Origin: Vicinamibacterales bacterium
Lineage (GTDB): Bacteria > Acidobacteriota > Vicinamibacteria > Vicinamibacterales > UBA8438
Reading direction: 5' to 3'
Assembly: GCA_963663195.1 (NCBI GenBank)
Contig: OY760136.1
Coordinates: forward strand, 1,146,070-1,210,069
Length of the DNA stretch: 64,000 nt
The notes under the pieces are model-generated. The model saw only the letters and a program-made list of their open reading frames with translations, was not told the origin of the DNA and searched no databases. Both the position numbers and the translations under genes were made by a program. Shown here piece by piece: positions 41,011 through 52,231 of this stretch (position 1 is the first letter of the stretch; the number at the start of each line of letters is the position of its first letter).

Positions 41011-41849
41011 GGATGGTTCCCTCTCTCGGGTGGATCGAGCTTCACGAATCTGCATGGTATTATCCAGTACCACGGCTTGCCGCCGCGGTCGGCGCATCGG
41101 AGGCTGGTCAAACGAGCATTCAGGCGCGAGAGCGGCTCATCGTCGCGCTCGACTTCCCCAACGACCCCGTAAGTCCCAGGCGCAGCATTGAGCCGGAAGA
41201 CGCGTATCGGCTTGTCGATACGCTCGGTGAGGCGGTGGAGTGCGTCAAGGTGGGCTGGGGATTGTACCTGGCGGGGCACGATACGGTGGTGCGGGGCCTG
41301 CGCGAGCGGGGCAAGCGCGTGTTTCTGGACCTCAAGTTCGGCGACATCGGCGAAACGATCAAGCGACTGGTGGCGGTCGCCGTCGCCAGCGGCGTTGAAC
41401 TGACCACGGTGAACACGACGTTTCAGACAATTCGGGCGGCAGTTGAAGCCGCTCGCGGTTCATCGCTGCAGATTCTGACGCTGACGGTGCTGACGAGCCT
41501 CGACGAAGCGGACCTGCGAGAGCAGGGCATAGGCATGTCGGTGGCGGAGCTGGTTCTGCACCGGGCCGGCAAGGCAAGGGAAGTGGGCTGTCACGGTGTG
41601 GTGGCGTCGGGCCGTGAAGCGCGCGCCATACGCGAACTGGTGGGCCCCGATTTTCTCATCGTCACGCCGGGGATACGGCCGGGTGGGGCAGGAGACGACG
41701 ACCACAAGCGCGCGAGCACGCCGGCGGCCGCGATTGAAGCGGGCGCCGACTATCTGGTCGTTGGGCGCCCCATCACGCTGGCCGCCGATCCGCAGCGCGT
41801 AACGGGCGGTATCCTCGAAGAGATGCAAGCGGCATTCGACCGCCGATAG
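41004..41849 (+). CDS. pyrF: orotidine 5'-phosphate decarboxylase (start codon unresolved)
   Basis: LIVALDFP, DLKFGDIGETI and VVGRPIT motifs. The track start (TTG 41004) overlaps the divergent pyrE start and crosses an AT-rich promoter-like patch (41040-41075). Good GC3 only begins near 41070, with no ATG/GTG/TTG in frame before the LIVALD motif. Confidence 0.8.
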   Translation: MSWMVPSLGWIELHESAWYYPVPRLAAAVGASEAGQTSIQARERLIVALDFPNDPVSPRRSIEPEDAYRLVDTLGEAVECVKVGWGLYLAGHDTVVRGLRERGKRVFLDLKFGDIGETIKRLVAVAVASGVELTTVNTTFQTIRAAVEAARGSSLQILTLTVLTSLDEADLREQGIGMSVAELVLHRAGKAREVGCHGVVASGREARAIRELVGPDFLIVTPGIRPGGAGDDDHKRASTPAAAIEAGADYLVVGRPITLAADPQRVTGGILEEMQAAFDRR

Positions 41850-41861
41850 AGTTGGTGGCGC

Positions 41862-41887
41862 GTGGATGTTCCACGTGGAACATCCAC
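41862..41887. promoter_or_regulatory. parS centromere-like site 1 (perfect 26-bp palindrome)
   Basis: GTGGATGTTCCACGTGGAACATCCAC. The core TGTTCCACGTGGAACA (41867-41882) matches the parS consensus TGTTNCACGTGAAACA with a symmetric change. As I recall, this is the variant reported for Pseudomonas. Confidence 0.8.
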
Positions 41888-41942
41888 GGGGCGCGCAGCG
41901 GGAGGGACGCGCCAGGATTCCAGGCGCGTGCGATTGCTGTCC

Positions 41943-41960
41943 CTGTTCCACGTGGAACAG
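41943..41960. promoter_or_regulatory. parS centromere-like site 2 (perfect 18-bp palindrome)
   Basis: CTGTTCCACGTGGAACAG. Same 16-bp core (41944-41959), about 125 nt upstream of parA. Confidence 0.8.
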
Positions 41961-42082
41961 TTGCGCGACGCCAACGCCGGAACGCGGGATCTGCCCGCTT
42001 CCGGCGCCGGAAACGGGCACGCGGGGTGGCCAATTCTTGCGTTTGGTCATACGACATAATATAGGCCGTTTAACATAATGCG

Positions 42083-42877
<795 letters not shown>

Positions 42878-42897
42878 GGTGGAAGGAGCAAGAGATA

Positions 42898-43764
42898 GTG
42901 GCTGACAAACGCCGCGCACTGGGCCGGGGCCTGAGCGCACTCATAGCAGATTTTCCGTCACCCGCGCCTTCGCCGCCGCCGCCGCCGGCGGGCCCGCTCG
43001 AGGTCGACCTCGATCTCATCGAGCCGAATCGGGATCAGCCGCGGCGCGACATGGACGAATCGCGGCTCGAATCGCTGGCGGCGTCCATCAGGGAGACGGG
43101 CGTGTTGCAGCCTATCGTGGTGCGCCGGCGTGAGGAGGGGTCGTACGAAATCGTGGCCGGCGAGCGGCGCTGGCGAGCGGCCCAGCGCGCAGGCCTGTTG
43201 AAGGTCCCGGTGGTCGTCCGCGACGTACCGGCCGACAAGCGGTTGGAGTTGGCGCTGATCGAGAACGTCCAGCGCGAGGACCTCAACCCTGTCGAGGAGG
43301 CGCGCGCCTACCGGCGGCTCACGGACGAGCTCGGCCGCACGCAGGATCAGATCGCACAGGCGGTCGGGAAGGAGCGTGCGACTGTCGCCAACTACCTGCG
43401 GCTGCTCACGCTCCCCGACGACGTGCAGGCCGACATCGCATCCGGGGCGTTGACGATGGGCCACGCGCGCGCGATCGCCGCCTTGCCGGCGGCCGCGGCC
43501 CAGCGCCAGGCCGCGCGCGAGGTGCGCGCCGGCGGGCTGTCGGTGCGCGCAACGGAAGCGCTCGTCAAGAAGCGCCTTGAACCGCCGCCGCCGCGGCAAC
43601 CGCCGCCGCCGGACGTGCATACGCGCGCGGCGGCCGACAGCCTGCGCGTCGCGCTGGGATCGCGCGTCGAGATCGTGCGCCGGCGGCGGGGCGGGGAGAT
43701 TCGTATCGCCTTCGGCTCCGAAGACGAGCTGCAACGGTTGTTCGAACGCTTGTCCGCCCGCTAG
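42898..43764 (+). CDS. parB: ParB/Spo0J chromosome-partitioning protein
   Basis: 288 aa. RRALGRGLSALI, QPIVVRR...YEIVAGERRWRAA (ParB box/CTPase region), LIENVQREDLNPVEEA, HTH. The TAG stop lies inside the first bases of repeat A2. Confidence 0.94.
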   Translation: MADKRRALGRGLSALIADFPSPAPSPPPPPAGPLEVDLDLIEPNRDQPRRDMDESRLESLAASIRETGVLQPIVVRRREEGSYEIVAGERRWRAAQRAGLLKVPVVVRDVPADKRLELALIENVQREDLNPVEEARAYRRLTDELGRTQDQIAQAVGKERATVANYLRLLTLPDDVQADIASGALTMGHARAIAALPAAAAQRQAAREVRAGGLSVRATEALVKKRLEPPPPRQPPPPDVHTRAAADSLRVALGSRVEIVRRRRGGEIRIAFGSEDELQRLFERLSAR

Positions 43765-43927
43765 CAGCCCGTGGCAAAAGCCCCGCTGCATTCGACCGCC
43801 CATGCATCCCGCCTGAACTGTGTTGTTCGTCGCTCACATATGGTCGAATATGCTCGCTTCTCACGCCTTGTCAGCCGGGCGCCTAGCCGGTCTCGGTGCG
43901 ACGCGGGGTTTCACCACGGGCTGCTGG
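43761..43927. repeat. family-A inverted-repeat element, copy A2 (without nested insert)
   Basis: CTAGCAGCCCGTGGCAAAAGCCCCGCTGCAT ... GCGACGCGGGGTTTCACCACGGGCTGCTGG. The termini are inverted repeats. Core CGCTCACATATGGTCGAATATGCTCGCTTCTCACGCCTTGTCAGCC is shared with A1. Confidence 0.8.
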
Positions 43928-43940
43928 CGGGCCTGCACGC

Positions 43941-43971
43941 TTGCCCCGGCTCGGCGGCGAATGGTATAAAT
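43941..43971 (+). promoter_or_regulatory. sigma70-like promoter candidate for the atp operon
   Basis: TTGCCC (43941-43946), 18 nt, TATAAA (43965-43970). The only AT-rich hexamer pair in the parB-atpH spacer. It would give a leader of about 290 nt containing repeats B2 and B3. Confidence 0.3.
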
Positions 43972-44028
43972 GCCCGTTTGGCTCGCCGCGGATCGCTTCC
44001 GCTTACAAGTGCTGCGTGCGAAGCTCCG

Positions 44029-44098
44029 CAGGCCGCGCACGGCGCGCGGCGAAGGGGCCCCGCGAGTGGCCGGCGGGGGTTTGGGGCGCAGCCCCGTG
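44029..44098 (-). repeat. family-B repeat, copy B2 (shorter variant)
   Basis: CAGGCCGCGCACGGCGCG...CCCCGCGAGTGGCCGGCGGGGGTTTGGGGCGCAGCCCCGTGT. Both ends align with B3/B1, with about 20 bp missing internally. Confidence 0.75.
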
Positions 44099-44171
44099 TA
44101 GCGACGAAGTAGCGAAACCCCTCCGACGGTGAAGAACGGAGGGGGACGGCAACATGAAGGCGTCCGTCCCC

Positions 44172-44262
44172 CAGGCCGCGCACGGCGCGGCCCGCCGGCG
44201 ACGGAGTGGGGCAATGGGGTCCCCGCGAGTGGCCGGCGGGGGTTTGGGGCGCAGCCCCATCT
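44172..44262 (-). repeat. family-B repeat, copy B3 (full length)
   Basis: The reverse complement is near-identical to B1 (32877-32964). Ends 8 nt before the atpH ATG. Confidence 0.8.
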
Positions 44263-44270
44263 AAATAACG

Positions 44271-44819
44271 ATGGCATATCGCGCCGCCGCGAAGCGGTAC
44301 GCACGCGCGCTCTTCGACGTCTGCGAACGTGAGGGCGCGCTCGATCGGGTCGAGCGCGACGTCGCCGAATTCATGGCGTTGCTCGACGGCCATGCGACGT
44401 TGCGCAAGTGCCTGCTGAGCCCGGTCGTCCCGCCGGCAACCAAGCGGGCGGTGGTGGCCGCACTCACGGAGCGCAGCGGCGACCTGTCGCCCATCACGGT
44501 GCGGTTGCTGGCCCTGCTCGCCGAGCGCAACCGTCTGGCGCTGCTCCCGGAGCTGCTCGAGGTGTACCGCGAGCGGTTGATGGTGCACCGCGGCCAGCTG
44601 CGGGCGCAGTTCACGTCGTCGGTGCCACTCCCGGACGATCGCGGGCTCGAGATCGCGCAGCTGATTGAAACCGCCACCGGCCGCGACGTCACGGTCGATG
44701 CACACGTTAACCCCTCCATCATCGGCGGCGCGATCGTCCAGATCGGCAGCACGGTGTGGGACGCCAGCATCGCGCGGCACCTGGCGCGGCTGCGGCAGCG
44801 GTTGTTGGCGGACGCGTAG
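44271..44819 (+). CDS. atpH: F0F1 ATP synthase subunit delta
   Basis: 182 aa. AKRYARALFDV start and OSCP-family length. Immediately precedes atpA. Confidence 0.88.
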   Translation: MAYRAAAKRYARALFDVCEREGALDRVERDVAEFMALLDGHATLRKCLLSPVVPPATKRAVVAALTERSGDLSPITVRLLALLAERNRLALLPELLEVYRERLMVHRGQLRAQFTSSVPLPDDRGLEIAQLIETATGRDVTVDAHVNPSIIGGAIVQIGSTVWDASIARHLARLRQRLLADA

Positions 44820-44849
44820 GAACCCCTGGAGTTCTCACGGAGTCGAAGG

Positions 44850-46379
<1,530 letters not shown>

Positions 46380-46382
46380 GCG

Positions 46383-48733
<2,351 letters not shown>

Positions 48734-48753
48734 GCCGCGCCGAGAGATAGCGT

Positions 48754-49188
48754 ATGGAGCTCCCGTCTTCCCTCACGTTCGAGCTGGTCACGCCCGAGCG
48801 GGCGATCGTCCGCGAGGCGGTGGAGGAGGTGCAGATTCCCGGCGCCGGCGGCTATTTCGGCGTGCTGCCGGGGCATACGCCGCTGCTGGCGACGCTCCAG
48901 GTGGGCGAGCTCTGGTTTCGGCAGGGGAGCGAGCGGTTCTTCGTGTCGGTGGCGTTCGGCTTCGCCGAAGTGCTGCCGGACCGCGTGACGGTACTGGCCC
49001 AGATGGCCGAGCGCGCCGAGGAGGTTGACGTGGATCGCGCCGAGGCCGCACAGCAGCGGGCGCAGGCCCGCCTGGAGCGACGCGCCGCCGACGTCGACGT
49101 CGAGCGGGCGCGCATTGCGCTGCTGAAGTCGCTCGTGCGGCTGCGGGTGGCTTCGAAGGTTCGCGTCCGGCCGTCCGTCGGTCTCTGA
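48754..49188 (+). CDS. atpC: F0F1 ATP synthase subunit epsilon
   Basis: 144 aa. FELVTPERAI...GVLPGHTPLL and a C-terminal helical hairpin. Confidence 0.9.
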   Translation: MELPSSLTFELVTPERAIVREAVEEVQIPGAGGYFGVLPGHTPLLATLQVGELWFRQGSERFFVSVAFGFAEVLPDRVTVLAQMAERAEEVDVDRAEAAQQRAQARLERRAADVDVERARIALLKSLVRLRVASKVRVRPSVGL

Positions 49189-49215
49189 GCAACCGCCCGG
49201 CCGGGCGACTAGATC

Positions 49216-49992
49216 GTGAAGCCTATGCGCCTGTCCTGGGCTGCCCGCACCGATCCCGGCCTGCGGCGCTCGCAGAACGAGGACTGCCATGTGGCGCGGC
49301 CGGAGCTGGGACTGTTCGTGGTGGCCGACGGCGTCGGCGGCCACGCCGGCGGCCGCGTGGCTTCGCGGATTGCCGTCGACGCCATCGCCGCCGCCGTCGA
49401 GGCAACCGCATCCCTGGGGCCCGCGGACCGTTGGCCCCGGCCGTTCGATCCGGCGCTCAGCCCGGGCGCCAACCGGCTGCGGGCCGGGTTCGACCTCGCC
49501 AACCGGCGGATTGCCGAGCGCGTGTCGGCGTCGGCGGCCCTGCAGGGCATGGCGACAACGGCCGTGGCGGTGCTCCTGGACGGCCCTGCCGCGGCGATTG
49601 CGCATGCCGGCGACAGCCGCGCCTATCTGCTCGGGCCGGCCGGACTCACGCGCCTCACGCGCGACCATTCCTGGGTTGAAGAGCAGGTCCGCACCGGCGC
49701 GCTGACGGAGGCCGCGGCGCGCGAGCATCCCTGGCGTAACATCGTCACAAGGGTTCTCTCGGCCGAGGACGGCGCCGATCCCGAGCTGGCGGAGTTGACG
49801 CCGCGCCGCGGCGACCGCCTGCTGCTGTGCACGGACGGGTTGTCGGCGGTGCTGCCCGAGGCCGAGATTCAGGGCGTGTTGGCGGAACGTGGCGATCTGC
49901 AGGGCGCCTGCGACGCGCTCGTTCGCCGCGTCTCGAAGCGCGGCGCGCCGGACAACGTGACGGTCATCGTCATCGACATCGATGCTGGCTAA
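49216..49992 (+). CDS. PP2C-family Ser/Thr protein phosphatase (Stp1-like)
   Basis: 258 aa. RTDPGLRRSQNEDC, VVADGVGGHAGG, HAGDSRAYL, LLLCTDGL, DNVTVIVIDI metal-binding motifs. Confidence 0.9.
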   Translation: MKPMRLSWAARTDPGLRRSQNEDCHVARPELGLFVVADGVGGHAGGRVASRIAVDAIAAAVEATASLGPADRWPRPFDPALSPGANRLRAGFDLANRRIAERVSASAALQGMATTAVAVLLDGPAAAIAHAGDSRAYLLGPAGLTRLTRDHSWVEEQVRTGALTEAAAREHPWRNIVTRVLSAEDGADPELAELTPRRGDRLLLCTDGLSAVLPEAEIQGVLAERGDLQGACDALVRRVSKRGAPDNVTVIVIDIDAG

Positions 49993-50794
49993 CCTTCGTC
50001 GGCTGTTCCGGCATCGGGAGCTGATCCGGACGCTCGTCGCCCGCGAGCTGAAGGCGCGCTACCGCGGGTCGGTCCTCGGCTTCTTCTGGTCGTTCGCCAA
50101 TCCGCTGCTGTTGCTGCTGGTCTATACGTTCGTCTTCTCGGTGATTCTGCCCGGCTTCCGGGGCGGCGAGCTGGAGCCGTACGCGCTGTTCCTCTTCTGC
50201 GGGCTGCTCCCGTGGACCTGGTTTGCGTCCTCGCTGATGGAATCGTCGAACGTGCTGATCGCGAACGGCAACCTGATCAAGAAGGTGATGTTCCCGGCGG
50301 AGATTCTCCCCATCGTCTCCGTGCTGTCGAACATGGTCCACTTCCTGTTCGGCCTGCCGGTGCTCGGAGCGTTTCTGGCGTACTACGCGCTCGACGGCCG
50401 GTTGCCGGGGCCGCTGCAACCGGTCGAGCTGGTCTGGCTGCCCGCGGTAATCCTGGTGCAGCTGTTGTTGACGCTCGGCTGCGCGCTGATCCTGTCGGCG
50501 TTGACGGTCCATTTCCGGGACATCCGCGACCTGCTCAACAACCTGCTGACGCTGTGGTTCTTCGCCTCGCCAATCATCTATCCGATGGCGATGGTGCCGG
50601 CGGCCGGCAAGCCGTTCATGGATCTGAATCCGTTCGCGCACCTGGCCATTTCGTACCAGGAGATCCTGTTCTACGACGGTCCCTTCGGCCATTGGAAGTG
50701 GCTGCTGGCCCTGGGCCTTCTGGCGCTGGCGCTCACGGCGGTTGGCTACCAGTTGTTCGACCGCCTGCGCGATTCGTTTGCGGAGGAAGTATGA
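49982..50794 (+). CDS. ABC-2 type polysaccharide/polyol-phosphate export permease (Wzm/TagG-like)
   Basis: 270 aa. LVARELKARYRGSVLGFFWSFANPLLLLLVY is the ABC-2 signature. Six TM segments. Overlaps the phosphatase gene end by 11 nt. Confidence 0.88.
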   Translation: MLANLRRLFRHRELIRTLVARELKARYRGSVLGFFWSFANPLLLLLVYTFVFSVILPGFRGGELEPYALFLFCGLLPWTWFASSLMESSNVLIANGNLIKKVMFPAEILPIVSVLSNMVHFLFGLPVLGAFLAYYALDGRLPGPLQPVELVWLPAVILVQLLLTLGCALILSALTVHFRDIRDLLNNLLTLWFFASPIIYPMAMVPAAGKPFMDLNPFAHLAISYQEILFYDGPFGHWKWLLALGLLALALTAVGYQLFDRLRDSFAEEV

Positions 50795-52206
50795 ACGCCG
50801 CCGTCGAGCTCGACGCCGTCTCGAAGGTGTACCGACGGTACGTTCCCGGCCGGCGCGCGGGAACGCTCAAGAGTGCGCTCCTGGGCAGGAAGTGGATCGA
50901 CGCCGCGCCGCACGAGGCGCTCCAGGCCGTCGACGAGGTCTCGCTGCGCATCCCGCAGGGCGCCGCCTTCGGCATCGTCGGACGCAACGGTTCCGGCAAG
51001 AGCACGCTGCTGAAGCTGATGGCCGGCATCACCCGGCCGACGTCGGGCAGCGTCCAGGTGCGCGGGCGGGTGTCGGCGTTGATCGAGCTGGGAGCCGGCT
51101 TCCACCCGGAGATCTCCGGCCGCGAGAACGTCTTCATCAACGGCGTGATGCTGGGCCTCACGCGGCGCGAGATCGCCCGGCGCTTCGACGAGATCGTCGA
51201 GTTCGCCGAGCTGGCCGATTTCATCGACGCACCGGTGCGGACGTACTCCTCCGGGATGTACATGCGGCTGGGGTTCGCCGTGGCCGTGCACGTCGATGCC
51301 GACGTGCTGCTGGTGGACGAGGTGCTGGCAGTGGGTGACGAGCGATTCAGTCTGAAGTGCCTGGACAAGTTCGCCGAGTACAAGCGGCGCGGCAAGACGA
51401 CCGTGCTCGTGACGCACGGGCTGGGAATGGTGGAACGCTTCTGTGACGAGGCGCTCTGGCTCGACGCGGGCCAGGTGCGCACGTCGGGCGATCCGCGCCG
51501 GGTGCTGCACGCCTATATCGGCGACGTCGAGACGGAGGAAGAGCACGAGCTGGCCAAGGCGGATCAGAAGGCGCGCGAAGCCGTCGAGCCGGCCGGGGAC
51601 GGCGGGGCAGACCGGCCCCCCGCCGCGGTCGAGCCCGAGCCGGCGCCGCCGGAAGAGGACCCGGAGGCCGAGGCCCCCACGGCCGAAGTCGCGGAGGAGG
51701 CGGAGGTCATCGCGGCGGCGGACGACGGCCCCGAGGATATGTTCAAGGCATCCGCGGGCCGCTGGGGCGACGGACCGGTGCGGATCGAAGACGTGCGTCT
51801 CGAGGACGACAAGGGAGCGGGGCATCTGTTCCAGTCCGGCGCCCGGCTCGCAATCCGCATGCGGGTGAACGCGACCGAACGGGTGACGGACTTCGTCTTC
51901 GGGGTCAGCATCTTCGATGCCGCCGGCGTCTGCTGCTACGGGACGAACACCGACATCGAGCACTACCGCCCGGTCGAGCTCACGGGCGCGGGCGAAGTGG
52001 TGTTCAACATCGACAGTCTCGATCTGGTCGAGGGGACGTACAAGCTCGACGTCGCAGTGCACCGCCGCGACGGCGTCCAGTACGACTACCATCGCCTGCT
52101 CTACACGTTCCGCGTGAAGTCGCAAACTCGAGACGCCGGCATCTACCGGCCGGCGCACGCGTGGACGTTCACCCCGAACATCCGATTCGAGGAGCCGCGC
52201 GGCTAG
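50791..52206 (+). CDS. ABC transporter ATP-binding protein, Wzt/TagH-like with C-terminal carbohydrate-binding-type domain
   Basis: Track ORF 50212..52206 trimmed to the in-frame ATG 50791, which overlaps the permease TGA (ATGA). Walker A GRNGSGKST, signature YSSGM, Walker B LLVDE. An acidic/Pro-rich linker is followed by a beta-rich domain of about 150 aa (VRIEDVRLED...GTYKLDVAV) resembling Wzt C-terminal domains. Confidence 0.88.
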   Translation: MNAAVELDAVSKVYRRYVPGRRAGTLKSALLGRKWIDAAPHEALQAVDEVSLRIPQGAAFGIVGRNGSGKSTLLKLMAGITRPTSGSVQVRGRVSALIELGAGFHPEISGRENVFINGVMLGLTRREIARRFDEIVEFAELADFIDAPVRTYSSGMYMRLGFAVAVHVDADVLLVDEVLAVGDERFSLKCLDKFAEYKRRGKTTVLVTHGLGMVERFCDEALWLDAGQVRTSGDPRRVLHAYIGDVETEEEHELAKADQKAREAVEPAGDGGADRPPAAVEPEPAPPEEDPEAEAPTAEVAEEAEVIAAADDGPEDMFKASAGRWGDGPVRIEDVRLEDDKGAGHLFQSGARLAIRMRVNATERVTDFVFGVSIFDAAGVCCYGTNTDIEHYRPVELTGAGEVVFNIDSLDLVEGTYKLDVAVHRRDGVQYDYHRLLYTFRVKSQTRDAGIYRPAHAWTFTPNIRFEEPRG

Positions 52207-52231
52207 CCGCCGCGGATCCCGAGGCGGAGAC

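Noticed and set aside
41852-42078. Cluster of mirror-image 65-94-aa ORFs on both strands containing FHVEH / CSTWN peptides.
   Set aside because: Produced by the two perfect parS palindromes. The symmetric DNA yields the same peptide on both strands. This is an intergenic regulatory region.
44029-44262. Two tandem, similar repeats separated by a 73-bp unique segment. Considered as a mini CRISPR array or a DGR template/variable repeat pair.
   Set aside because: There are only two copies, of different length (70 versus 91 bp), far longer than CRISPR repeats. No cas genes or reverse transcriptase are present in the window. A third copy sits nested in another repeat 11 kb away. A dispersed repeat family explains it better.
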